From a virus, in the IMG/VR virus record IMGVR_UViG_3300042564_004498, positions 1-64,000 of that record: a stretch of 64,000 bases of DNA, one strand, 5' to 3'. The notes below the pieces were generated by a model. The model saw nothing but the letters and a program-made list of their open reading frames with translations, was not told the origin of the DNA and ran no database searches. Positions 46,955 through 56,353 of this stretch are shown here, piece after piece. Made by a program: the position numbers and the translations under genes. How positions within the stretch are numbered: position 1 is the first letter of the stretch; every line of letters begins with the position of its first letter.

Positions 46955-47176
46955 TTAAGATTTATTGCCCTTTACAGGTGTTTTTCCTATAATTTTCCAT
47001 ACTTTTTTAATTGGTGCCCCTAATAAGTCATCAAAGGCCCCAATAATAAATGAACTATCATTAATATTATCACTACTACGATTTCTTATTTCAAAAACTA
47101 ACTCTTCACCTTGATGAATTGTACTTTCATCTGTGATTAAATAATCAACTTTTCCTATTATTACATTCATTTCCAT
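46955..47176 (-). CDS. hypothetical protein
   Basis: ORF. Confidence 0.55.
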   Translation of the reverse strand: MEMNVIIGKVDYLITDESTIHQGEELVFEIRNRSSDNINDSSFIIGAFDDLLGAPIKKVWKIIGKTPVKGNKS

Positions 47177-47247
47177 AAACCAATAATAAGTTTTTATTTG
47201 TATATGTCAAATAAAAAACCCCTCTTTGTGGGAGGGGTTGGTTAATA

Positions 47248-48108
47248 TTATATTTGTGATTCAGCGGTCACTACCACATTTGATAGTTTCCATCCCGCAT
47301 TACATAACTTATCGTTATAACAATCTCCTGTAAACCAAGGAGAATCATAAGGACCTTTAGGGGAATATACTTCCCAATATGAAGGTGTTATCCACCAACC
47401 AACAGACATTGACGATTTTAATGATGACATATCTATGGTTGTACCATCAGCACCTCCATTGTTTAATACATCATATGTTAAAATACTCACACCATTTTGA
47501 GTTAAAATAATACTCATATTTGTGTAATCAGAATTAAAAGTAACTTCCATATCAAATGGAATTGTTACATCAATAACATCAACTAAACTATGAGTTCCTT
47601 CACCAGGGTTATTAGATAAATTACTTTGAGTGTAACAATCATCACTCAGAATTGCTTCACTATAAGAATATTCAAATCTTTGTTTGTTATTTAAATGAAT
47701 TGTTTGTTGAAGTATTCTATTACCATTAGTTTCCATAAAGTCAATTTCATTACAATATGGAGACCCTGAATTACCTGCGTCACAATAGTTAGTCCCTTTA
47801 GGTTGGGTTGCACTATTCACCATATAAAACGAAGCATTTAACCAATTGTTTTTTTGAATTTCGGTTGGTTCCATTCCTGATAGGTCAATTGTTGCAGTAA
47901 TTTTAGAAATGTTTTTAAACCCATGGGTTGAAACAACTCTACCAGCATTAAAGGTAACGGTTGAATTTTCAATTATTGGAGACATATTACACCAATCGCT
48001 GGTCCAATCTGAATCAAATGTGACATTATAAGTTGTTAATGATAATGATTTTTTATTACGACGAAATAGTTTTTTTATTCGGTCATAAAATTTAGATAAT
48101 TTACTCAT
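47248..48108 (-). CDS. clan GH-B glycoside hydrolase, GH7-like
   Basis: LNASFYMV...GTNYCDA...CNEIDFMETN (ExDxxE)...IDVTIPF. Confidence 0.65.
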   Translation of the reverse strand: MSKLSKFYDRIKKLFRRNKKSLSLTTYNVTFDSDWTSDWCNMSPIIENSTVTFNAGRVVSTHGFKNISKITATIDLSGMEPTEIQKNNWLNASFYMVNSATQPKGTNYCDAGNSGSPYCNEIDFMETNGNRILQQTIHLNNKQRFEYSYSEAILSDDCYTQSNLSNNPGEGTHSLVDVIDVTIPFDMEVTFNSDYTNMSIILTQNGVSILTYDVLNNGGADGTTIDMSSLKSSMSVGWWITPSYWEVYSPKGPYDSPWFTGDCYNDKLCNAGWKLSNVVVTAESQI

Positions 48109-48115
48109 AAATTGT

Positions 48116-48280
48116 TTATTTCACTTTTTTTTCTTGTTCATTAACCAATGGTTTTGAATCACCAAGCTTTGAATTTATTAATTTAGAGAAATTCTCAGTC
48201 ATTACTTTCATTCCTCCTGTGTGTTGTTCACGGATGGCATTTTTTTCTTCTTCCGATAAATTATTCAATATGTGTTTCAT
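48116..48280 (-). CDS. 54-aa protein composed of leader-like motifs
   Basis: MKHILNNLSEEEKNAIREQHTGGMKVMTENFSKLINSKLGDSKPLVNEQEKKVK; TATTTAT upstream. Confidence 0.65.
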   Translation of the reverse strand: MKHILNNLSEEEKNAIREQHTGGMKVMTENFSKLINSKLGDSKPLVNEQEKKVK

Positions 48281-48322
48281 GTTTTGTTTTATTATAAATA
48301 CCTTAATATGTGAAAAAAAAGT

Positions 48323-48856
48323 TTATCGTCTTCCTGATGAAGGTGATGTTGTTCCTCTCCCACCACTTTGTGGCCTAACCGAAGGTGTTTCAGGTCTATA
48401 TTCTTGTTGAGGTCTTACTGACGGGGTTTCTGTTCTTTGTGGTCTTACTGACGGAGTTTCTTGTCTTCCACCTCTTTGTCCTCCAACAGATGGTGTTTCA
48501 TCTCTACGATATTCTCTTCCTCTATAACCATTATTTCTTGCAACTCTATACCCATTATTATAATATACCGGATAAGAATAATAATAATTATAAATTCTTG
48601 GTCTCCAATAAGGGTCATCAAAATAAAACCACCAATTATAACCATTATACCAATTATTTCCCCAATAAAATCTCCAATTATTATAATAATATGGGTCTAA
48701 TTGGTTTGAAAATGTGGATAATGGAACTTGCACTTGCTGGCCCAATTCATTAACTGCCAAGATATGTGTTATTCTTGGTTGGGATGAAACATTTTGATAT
48801 CCTACACAAGATGATAAAAGAAAAAACAATCCAATAATTAATAATACTTTTTTCAT
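48323..48856 (-). CDS. lipoprotein with Tyr/Asn/Trp-rich and ETPSVRPQ repeat regions
   Basis: Lipobox LLSSC; low-complexity tail. Confidence 0.7.
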   Translation of the reverse strand: MKKVLLIIGLFFLLSSCVGYQNVSSQPRITHILAVNELGQQVQVPLSTFSNQLDPYYYNNWRFYWGNNWYNGYNWWFYFDDPYWRPRIYNYYYSYPVYYNNGYRVARNNGYRGREYRRDETPSVGGQRGGRQETPSVRPQRTETPSVRPQQEYRPETPSVRPQSGGRGTTSPSSGRR

Positions 48857-48879
48857 AACATTTTTTTATTATAAATATA

Positions 48880-50157
48880 CTAAATTAAAGTTCCTTCTTT
48901 AACACCATTCTCAATAACATCATCAATAGGGTTAACATTACTGTCAATTTGTTTATGTTCTTTTGGTAACCAATAAACTTCTTTCACACCAAATTTAATT
49001 GTTTCCTCAAGATAATCTATAAATGCTTTTGTTCTATCTTCTTTTAGGTTATAGTAATCCCCATAACCTCTTAGTTCACCACTTTGTTCTGGTAATGGTT
49101 GGGTTTCTTTAACACCATTATTAATAACATCTTCAATCATTTTGGGATAACTAGTTGAGTTATTTTCTTTCATCCATTCAACGGTTGACATAATATCTCC
49201 ATCTTTACCGGGTGTCTTTGTTTCCTTAACACCGGTTTGAATGATATCATCTATGTTGCGTGGTCTAAAACCTTTATAATTATAAATTTCCTTAACACCA
49301 TTATTAATCACACCATCTATTCTTCCTTTGTGGTGATATGCGTCATCGTGGGTTTCTTTCACACCATTTTCAATTATTTCTTCAACTTGCCAATCAGTAT
49401 ATTGTGTCATTGGGGAAATATCTCTCACCCCATCTTGAATAACATCTTTAACATCCCATCTATGACCTTTATAATCGTAAATTTCTTTCACCCCATTTTC
49501 AATAATATCATCCAACCTTACATCACCGACTAACCAATCACCATCTTCGGTATGTTTTACACCCTTTTTAATAACACCTTCAATCCAACTTTCATTAAGA
49601 TACGGGTTATTCTGAGTGTTTTTTATCCCATTTTGTAATACCTCTTCCATTTTATTGTCAAAAAACTTCATCACATCAACAGGATTAGTTTCTTTTACAC
49701 CATTATTAAGAGTTGTCTCAACCAACTTTTCTCGTTCTGCACAAATCCATAAGGTTTTTCTCACACCATTTTGAATTGTGTCTTCACAATCCTTTTGCCT
49801 CTTGGCAAACCCCAAGGAGTATTCGCTTACTTTAACGGAATCAATAGACCCATATTTAATCGTATTTTCAATAACATCTTTAAATTCAAACGGATTGTCT
49901 GATGTTTGGTTCAACCCCTTTTTAATAAAACTTTCCATCCATTTGGTGATGTATTGTTGATTATCCACAACATCCAAAGAAACATATTGAAATAAATTAT
50001 TGAAAAAACTATAATTGTACCATAAAGTTCCACCATTAGTTAACTCAACAACCCATTGTTTTGTATCCGTGAATATTAACCAAGTAGATTTATTATGATG
50101 ATATACATCACAACCTTCAACACCCTCAATTATTAATCTATTGATAATCTTTTCCAT
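48880..50157 (-). CDS. family A domain + NGVKE repeat protein
   Basis: N-term WLIFTDTKQWVV..GTLWYN; many I.NGVKE(T/I) repeats. Confidence 0.8.
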   Translation of the reverse strand: MEKIINRLIIEGVEGCDVYHHNKSTWLIFTDTKQWVVELTNGGTLWYNYSFFNNLFQYVSLDVVDNQQYITKWMESFIKKGLNQTSDNPFEFKDVIENTIKYGSIDSVKVSEYSLGFAKRQKDCEDTIQNGVRKTLWICAEREKLVETTLNNGVKETNPVDVMKFFDNKMEEVLQNGIKNTQNNPYLNESWIEGVIKKGVKHTEDGDWLVGDVRLDDIIENGVKEIYDYKGHRWDVKDVIQDGVRDISPMTQYTDWQVEEIIENGVKETHDDAYHHKGRIDGVINNGVKEIYNYKGFRPRNIDDIIQTGVKETKTPGKDGDIMSTVEWMKENNSTSYPKMIEDVINNGVKETQPLPEQSGELRGYGDYYNLKEDRTKAFIDYLEETIKFGVKEVYWLPKEHKQIDSNVNPIDDVIENGVKEGTLI

Positions 50158-50598
50158 CTATTTCTTTTTGAATAATTCAAAAAACTTATCCTCATTAGTT
50201 TTTACCGGAGGAACAATCATAGATTCAACTTTGAATGTTATAAAATCCATTTCTCCTCCATAGGTCATTTTAAAATAATCATTAAATAATTCTTCATAAT
50301 GAGATTTATCACCTTTTGGTATATCGTCTTCATTAAAAAATATATTAATACCAACCAAAAATTTCCAAATTGGTTCAAAATTTACAGGGTTATAAACACT
50401 ATTACTTTTATAACCAATTGTGACAACCTCTCTAATTTCAGGACACAATTTTAAAATTACAGTATTAAATCTTTCAGGTATTTCAATATCGCATACATTC
50501 ATATATGAATCTTTCAATCCAATTGTTGTTTCATTTACCACACGACGAACGAGTCCGTTGGGTATTTCATAATAATCGTCATTATTCTCGTTTTCCAT
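50158..50598 (-). CDS. hypothetical protein
   Basis: ORF from MENENND. Confidence 0.65.
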   Translation of the reverse strand: MENENNDDYYEIPNGLVRRVVNETTIGLKDSYMNVCDIEIPERFNTVILKLCPEIREVVTIGYKSNSVYNPVNFEPIWKFLVGINIFFNEDDIPKGDKSHYEELFNDYFKMTYGGEMDFITFKVESMIVPPVKTNEDKFFELFKKK

Positions 50599-50599
50599 A

Positions 50600-50875
50600 C
50601 TATCTAATTGTGTTTGGTTGGATTGTTGTGTCTTCAAAGGACTCTGTGGACACAAACTCACTTTTCATATAATCAATTACATATTCAAACATTTCGTAAT
50701 CTTTAAAATCACCTCTTTTGTGTCCGGCTTTAATCAACATAGACATGCCAGCAGCTAACATCATTGTTGATTCCTTAACCGATAATAACTCTTGGTCTTT
50801 TGGGAAAGCGATGTCAAAATAATTTCTTTTATTTTCACCTCGTCTGTGTGTTACTGCAACTGTTAAACTATCCAT
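50600..50875 (-). CDS. hypothetical protein
   Basis: ORF with TATCTTTG upstream. Confidence 0.7.
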   Translation of the reverse strand: MDSLTVAVTHRRGENKRNYFDIAFPKDQELLSVKESTMMLAAGMSMLIKAGHKRGDFKDYEMFEYVIDYMKSEFVSTESFEDTTIQPNTIR

Positions 50876-50922
50876 TTTGTATTTTTAACAAAGATAATAA
50901 ATTATAAATAAAAAACCCACTA

Positions 50923-52041
50923 TTAAAGTGGGTTATTTTTGTTTTTCAATAAAGAGTATAATTTACTTAATTTTTTTGTCATTTTTAGACAAATGTTTCT
51001 TGTCTGATTAATCTCGTATTTGATGAATTTCTCATAGTCACCACCAAATCTTGTAACCCTATCCAAATATTTGTCAAAATATTTTTGTTTCTTTCCACTA
51101 AACCCAAAGAGTTCTTCAATAAACTCTTGTGTTAAATATGACTTCATTGTGCCTGCTCTCCAATTCAATAAAGTCTTAAAGAACTCCTTTAATGTTACAT
51201 CAACCATTTCGTCATCTGATGCATCTTCAGGATAATTAATATTATTATCGTCAAAAGTTTCTTTAATTTGGGGGATAATCTTTTTTAAATCATCCCTTAG
51301 TTTTTCATAAGTTAAATTGGCTCCGTCTTTATAAATCTCATAAACTTTATTATTTGTGATAAATTTATAAAAATCTTCTTTGGTGATTCCTTCCTCCTCC
51401 AACGCAGCATACAATTCTGTGGCTCTAACCAAATTTTCTGTGGTATGAGCAAAATACATATAATGTAATAATTTATTTAATGGTGGTATATTTCCAAATT
51501 GTCTTTGACTTCCAATTTGATATTCAACTCGTTTATTGGTTTTTAAGTTTGGGTTAACAGATTCATCGTAACCGTGTTTTATCTCATGAGCCAAACTTGA
51601 GATGATTACTACTTTTTCTTTTTTAAACTCATCAATTAAATCTTGAGTTGTTGCGTCATTATCTAAAGTCATATTAATTGACAAATCAATTACATCCATA
51701 TCACGATTAGTAGTGTAATTGAATTTATTGTTCATCTCCACTGTACTACGATGGGTCATACCTCTTAGATATATTTTTTGTCTACTATCCCCATTAACAT
51801 CATATTCATCTAAACTATCAACATTAAATTCCAAGTTAATAGTGTCAAACTTATAATCATTAATTTGAAAATTTCCCTTTAATACTATTGGTTTTTTTAT
51901 GAAAGATTTTAATTTGGTGGTTGGTTTAAGTTCCGACATCATTTTGTCGTATAGTTGTCTGGCAATGTCAACGATATTAGTTGGGACACCAACCGCTTCG
52001 TTTAATTTTTTATATTGAGATTCTGTTAATACGTATTTCAT
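50923..52041 (-). CDS. leader-bearing HExxH metallopeptidase-like protein
   Basis: MKYVLTESQYKKLNEA; LAHEIKHGY...TE. Confidence 0.7.
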   Translation of the reverse strand: MKYVLTESQYKKLNEAVGVPTNIVDIARQLYDKMMSELKPTTKLKSFIKKPIVLKGNFQINDYKFDTINLEFNVDSLDEYDVNGDSRQKIYLRGMTHRSTVEMNNKFNYTTNRDMDVIDLSINMTLDNDATTQDLIDEFKKEKVVIISSLAHEIKHGYDESVNPNLKTNKRVEYQIGSQRQFGNIPPLNKLLHYMYFAHTTENLVRATELYAALEEEGITKEDFYKFITNNKVYEIYKDGANLTYEKLRDDLKKIIPQIKETFDDNNINYPEDASDDEMVDVTLKEFFKTLLNWRAGTMKSYLTQEFIEELFGFSGKKQKYFDKYLDRVTRFGGDYEKFIKYEINQTRNICLKMTKKLSKLYSLLKNKNNPL

Positions 52042-52105
52042 TAATGATAAATATAAGAAGACTTTAAATAAAAAACCTCAACGATTAAGATGAGGTTTTA
52101 TTAAA

Positions 52106-52222
52106 TTAAAATTCTTTTTTTAAACGACTAAGGATTTCATTGTTCTTATTCGTTCTCTTCAATTCCTTAAGAACATTTCTTCTATTCTTTTTAGGTTTAC
52201 CAATTTTTCTTGATTTTGACAT
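52106..52222 (-). CDS. 38-aa small basic protein
   Basis: MSKSRKIGKPKKNRRNVLKELKRTNKNNEILSRLKKEF; TATTTAT upstream; terminator downstream. Confidence 0.55.
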   Translation of the reverse strand: MSKSRKIGKPKKNRRNVLKELKRTNKNNEILSRLKKEF

Positions 52223-52277
52223 AGTTAGTATTTTATAATAAATATACTATCCCCAATTATCGTCATTATCAAAAAAA

Positions 52278-52583
52278 TTAATCATCATCACTAAAGTCCC
52301 AATTAACAATCTCATTAACAGGATAATCATACGTTTCTTCAAACCATTCACCAGCATATTCCAAAGCGTCCTCACCCGAAACATTAAACATGGCCGCAAA
52401 CCCAAAGATGATATCATTAGAAACCAATAATTTATTATTATAAATCTTATAATGCCAAGTCTGATTGCCATGGTTGTTTTCAAGGGAAAGATAATGTTGT
52501 GTTTCCTTAACATTATAATCAGGAGAATCAAAATATTTCCACATTAAATTCTTAACCTGTGATTCTTTAATAATATATTCCAT
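52278..52583 (-). CDS. leader-bearing protein, paralog family B
   Basis: MEYIIKESQ; GEWFEETYDYPVNEI. Confidence 0.75.
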   Translation of the reverse strand: MEYIIKESQVKNLMWKYFDSPDYNVKETQHYLSLENNHGNQTWHYKIYNNKLLVSNDIIFGFAAMFNVSGEDALEYAGEWFEETYDYPVNEIVNWDFSDDD

Positions 52584-52604
52584 AATGATAAATACTCAAC
52601 TATC

Positions 52605-52668
52605 AAAAAAAGGGGCTGGGGATTCCCACGAACGAAGTGAGTTTCCGTCGGGCGGTACACGAATTACC
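52605..52668. repeat. dispersed GC-rich repeat, copy 1
   Basis: A-run-gggctggg..att.cc.cgaacgaagtgagt.tccg.cgggcggta.acgaattacc. Confidence 0.8.
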
Positions 52669-52713
52669 ACATAATATTACCAAGATATCAACTCTACCAC
52701 AAGGATAATCGTT

Positions 52714-53157
52714 TTACCCAAACATCCTCACCATTACATTATGATTATTATCGGACTTCTGTCGGGGAGTAATATTACCAAGAATCAAATCTATCTGACT
52801 ATACATACCCGTACCACAATCCATTGTCTTTTTTACCCCATTACGTAAAACGGATTCCAACAACACAACGTGTGGGAGTGGCAAGTTTTGGGTGGCCTCT
52901 ACCTTACCATGTAAAAACAATTCAAACCATTCTGTTATCAGGGGTTCATATTCTTTATAACCAATATCAAATAACTTAAAGAAATTATCAAAGAATCCCC
53001 ACCTCCAAAATAGTCTACCTGATTCCTGAAATTCAAAATACCAATACTTGTTCTCCCTATCAATAAACCAAATGTTACCCCGATGTAGAATTACTTCCGC
53101 ATGGGATAAATCCTCACTCAACTTTTTAAATATAAATTCCTTTAACCTATCTGTCAT
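52714..53157 (-). CDS. hypothetical protein, paralog family A
   Basis: WFIDRENKYWYF...GRLFW; one NGVK unit. Confidence 0.7.
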   Translation of the reverse strand: MTDRLKEFIFKKLSEDLSHAEVILHRGNIWFIDRENKYWYFEFQESGRLFWRWGFFDNFFKLFDIGYKEYEPLITEWFELFLHGKVEATQNLPLPHVVLLESVLRNGVKKTMDCGTGMYSQIDLILGNITPRQKSDNNHNVMVRMFG

Positions 53158-53431
53158 CTTTCGGTATATTATTTAACCATTCATTAAAATATCGTGAAGT
53201 ATCTGTATGACTTAAACAAAATAGTATTCTTACACTACGGTATAACTCAGACCTCATAGATATTCTCTTAACACCATCCTTACGAGAACCAACCACAATT
53301 CCATTAACAGAATAAATGGTCTTAAACATATTCCCCCTGTACCCACCAAAATGAATTTTTTGTTTTGATACAGATAAGGTGGGGTTACCCCCAACCGTAG
53401 AATTAAGATATTCATTAACCAATTTTTCCAT
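53147..53431 (-). CDS. hypothetical protein
   Basis: ORF. Confidence 0.6.
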   Translation of the reverse strand: MEKLVNEYLNSTVGGNPTLSVSKQKIHFGGYRGNMFKTIYSVNGIVVGSRKDGVKRISMRSELYRSVRILFCLSHTDTSRYFNEWLNNIPKDDR

Positions 53432-53619
53432 TATGTTGTTTCATCAATATTGGACATCACATAACCTTCAGGTGGAAAATGAATCAAACATCTTCCATTA
53501 CCCTTATAACAAGAGCAATCCTTATCATCATCAATCTCAAATGAAACACTACTTTCCTTATCTTCGTAATTTGTGAAGAAATCATTAAAGATTCCCGTAA
53601 TAGTTATTTTCTTTTTCAC
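53431..53619 (-). CDS. hypothetical protein
   Basis: ORF, CxC...CxxH. Confidence 0.5.
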   Translation of the reverse strand: MKKKITITGIFNDFFTNYEDKESSVSFEIDDDKDCSCYKGNGRCLIHFPPEGYVMSNIDETT

Positions 53620-53620
53620 C

Positions 53621-53944
53621 TTATTTCTTTTTGAATTGTGAAACCCTTTGTGGGTCTATTGTCACCACAATGTTACCACTACTATCGGCATACGAAGCGA
53701 TATCATCATCCAATAACATTTTATGAATAGTATCGTCATAATAAATCACCACACTATTGTATGAGTAATGTGGATAATGTTGTTTAATTGGTTCCAATAG
53801 AACAACAATAGTACATTGACTAACAGCGCCATCCATAATGGATTTAATTAGTTCATAATAATATTGGTTTCGTTTTTTCTTATACTCGTTCAATATATCA
53901 ATTCGAGATAAGGTTTCAGTTGTCTTTGGTTTAGAATTCCACAT
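53621..53944 (-). CDS. hypothetical protein
   Basis: ORF. Confidence 0.6.
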   Translation of the reverse strand: MWNSKPKTTETLSRIDILNEYKKKRNQYYYELIKSIMDGAVSQCTIVVLLEPIKQHYPHYSYNSVVIYYDDTIHKMLLDDDIASYADSSGNIVVTIDPQRVSQFKKK

Positions 53945-54308
53945 TATTTTTTACTATTTCAATTAATTTTTTAAGACAAGCAAGTTCCGCTTCTTCGGGA
54001 GATATAAAATAAACTATACTTCTATTTACTGATTCAGTGCTCTTATCATCCAAATAACTGTAACGATAATTCCAATAAATAGACTTATCTATTTTCATCC
54101 AAAAAGTAGAACTATGTATTTTATACTTCTCTCTAAACCATCTAAATGCTTGTTGGTAAAGTGGTGCTGAATTTCTTCCATCACAAGGAAAATTACCCCC
54201 CATTGGTTTATTATTCTCCATATCATTATAAAATCCAAAACAATCCTCATCAAAGCCTAATTCTTTTAACGATAATGATTGTTCGTAAGTCACAAATTCT
54301 TTTTCCAT
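53931..54308 (-). CDS. phage hypothetical protein (tandem paralog)
   Basis: MEKEFV.YEQSL.LKELGF...APLY.QAFRWFREKY. Confidence 0.75.
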   Translation of the reverse strand: MEKEFVTYEQSLSLKELGFDEDCFGFYNDMENNKPMGGNFPCDGRNSAPLYQQAFRWFREKYKIHSSTFWMKIDKSIYWNYRYSYLDDKSTESVNRSIVYFISPEEAELACLKKLIEIVKNNVEF

Positions 54309-54745
54309 TATTTCTCTTTTGCGATTTCTATTAATTTTTTTAGACATTCAAGCTCTGATTCTTCGGGAGTATTAAATGTACCACTATAAGACGAACCTGA
54401 CCCTACAAAATTATCATATATGTATTTTTCCGAGTATAAATCTCTTATCTGAAAACAATATTCTATTGCTCCCATATCGGATGTATATGGCTCAGCATGC
54501 AGATTGTACTTCTCTCTAAACCATCTAAACGCTTGTCTGTAAAGTGGAGCACTACACGCCTTATCTAAACAATTACTATTCACCCAATCACTTGGGCTTT
54601 CATTCATACCGAATTCTGTCTCTAAAAAATATTCAGTAAAATTACTTGGTATTAGTGTTGACCTGAACCAACCAAAACAAGGTTCATTAAATCCCAATTC
54701 TTTTAATTCCAATGATTGCTCATAAGGTACAAATTCTTTTTCCAT
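54308..54745 (-). CDS. phage hypothetical protein (tandem paralog)
   Basis: Same motifs as 53931. Confidence 0.75.
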   Translation of the reverse strand: MEKEFVPYEQSLELKELGFNEPCFGWFRSTLIPSNFTEYFLETEFGMNESPSDWVNSNCLDKACSAPLYRQAFRWFREKYNLHAEPYTSDMGAIEYCFQIRDLYSEKYIYDNFVGSGSSYSGTFNTPEESELECLKKLIEIAKEK

Positions 54746-54799
54746 AATTCTTTATTTAGAAAGCGAAGATATAACAAAGAATTTAATCCACCAAATATA

Positions 54800-55195
54800 T
54801 TATGAAAAAAAGGGCTGGGATTCCCCCGAACAAAGTGAGGTCGGACGACTGGCCACAATAACTCCCCTCTCAATAACCTTATCAACCTCAAAGTCTTTTC
54901 TCCAATCATATACGGTGGGAAGATAATCAGGATAACAATGTTTGCCAACAAAATTCATCCCCAAACCATTACGAATCCAATTAGAAATATAACTATCATT
55001 ACCCGGCACCACCAAAGACATATAAGAAAATAAGTTATGGAAGAAAAAATAATTATAAAAAGTATATCCCGTATAACTAACCGTAACAACCCATGTTTTA
55101 TTGTCGGGGTTAATTATCCAGTGTGAACCCCTATACTCATACCACACGTATCCCGAGATAGTATCATTAAGAACTTTAGTAATCAGTTTTTCCAT
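54800..55195 (-). CDS. hypothetical protein, paralog family A
   Basis: WIINPDNKTWVV...FYNYFFFHNLF. Confidence 0.7.
   Translation of the reverse strand: MEKLITKVLNDTISGYVWYEYRGSHWIINPDNKTWVVTVSYTGYTFYNYFFFHNLFSYMSLVVPGNDSYISNWIRNGLGMNFVGKHCYPDYLPTVYDWRKDFEVDKVIERGVIVASRPTSLCSGESQPFFS
54805..54840. repeat. dispersed GC-rich repeat, copy 2 (partial)
   Basis: aaaaaaagggctgggattcccccgaacaaagtgagg. Confidence 0.7.
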
Positions 55196-55206
55196 AATAT
55201 AGTTTT

Positions 55207-55270
55207 AAAAAAAAGGGCTGGGATTACCCCGAACGAAGTGAGTCTCCGCCGGGCGGTATACGAATTACCC
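55207..55270. repeat. dispersed GC-rich repeat, copy 3
   Basis: Near-identical to copy 1. Confidence 0.8.
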
Positions 55271-55810
55271 CAAAAACTCCATTAACGATTTCGCCGATGT
55301 ATCAAACAATAAATTATATTTCAATAAATCTTTATACTCCTTTGTCCCCTTATTAATAGTAGACCTCATCTCAATGTTATGGTTATTCTCATTAGAAAGT
55401 TCAGTACCATTCATAGGACATATTTTAAACTTATAAATCATATGTTTAGGGATTACAAAAAACATGGGGGTGAAATCATTCTCACAATCAACAAAACAAA
55501 ATAAATAATAATCAATTAACTGCCACGGCCTAAGATGGGTTAGATTATAAGCGTTAGAAAGATTGGATAAAAAACTAACCTTAATCTCAAAGTGTTTTCC
55601 ATTCTTCTTAGAGTCCCCCCGATTCATACGAGTTTTAACTGACTCCATACCAAACTCCCGTATAATTTTCTGTTCAATCCTCTTACCATAAGAACACGGT
55701 AATAACCTAACATAACAGTCACAAATAAAATCCTTTAACTTTAACCCAAAATCAACATCCTTCCTTTGACCAAATTTAAGTTTCGCCAACTGTAAATAAT
55801 CCAATACCAT
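55265..55810 (-). CDS. PD-(D/E)xK restriction-endonuclease-like protein
   Basis: GKRIE...RGD....HFEIKVS. Confidence 0.55.
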   Translation of the reverse strand: MVLDYLQLAKLKFGQRKDVDFGLKLKDFICDCYVRLLPCSYGKRIEQKIIREFGMESVKTRMNRGDSKKNGKHFEIKVSFLSNLSNAYNLTHLRPWQLIDYYLFCFVDCENDFTPMFFVIPKHMIYKFKICPMNGTELSNENNHNIEMRSTINKGTKEYKDLLKYNLLFDTSAKSLMEFLG

Positions 55811-56032
55811 TACACCTTTATTTTATATTAGTCAACAAAGATATAACATTTCCCCATTTCTCACAAAATTTTCCAAAAATTTTTTTTGTCCTTGAAGAGG
55901 GTAAAATAAAAAGGGGGGTCCACTTTACAGAATAGTAGACGAGAGTAAAGAACGACCCCGTTCATCATACGAGAGTAATTGTTACTTCCGAGATTGGACA
56001 TAAAAAAACCCCTCTGTTGGGAGGGGGTTATA

Positions 56033-56353
56033 TTAATTAGACTTGAATCTTTTTCTTATAATAACATCTTTTACAGGTAGTCTATAATCTTTCTTTACCC
56101 ATAACTTAATTACCTTATGGATTTGTTTTTCATTTAATTTAAAAAAATCCATTAACGAAAAATGTATTCTACTGTCATCAGATGAAATAAACAATTCCAT
56201 AGGTTTCTTCTTATACAAGAAAATAATATTACCATCACTTTCCGAAAAAATAATGTTAGGACCTATGTCTTCCCGTTTTAAATTTGGAAACTCCTTTCGT
56301 AACCATTTAAGGATAACACTAAATAACCTCTTCTCACTTATAATATATTCCAT
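56033..56353 (-). CDS. leader-bearing protein, paralog family B
   Basis: Start at MEYIISEKRL; KLWVKKDYRLPVKDV. Confidence 0.7.
   Translation of the reverse strand: MEYIISEKRLFSVILKWLRKEFPNLKREDIGPNIIFSESDGNIIFLYKKKPMELFISSDDSRIHFSLMDFFKLNEKQIHKVIKLWVKKDYRLPVKDVIIRKRFKSN

Noticed and set aside
48880-50157. CRISPR-like repeat-spacer array
   Set aside because: Repeats are degenerate at synonymous positions and lie within an intact ORF; no cas genes
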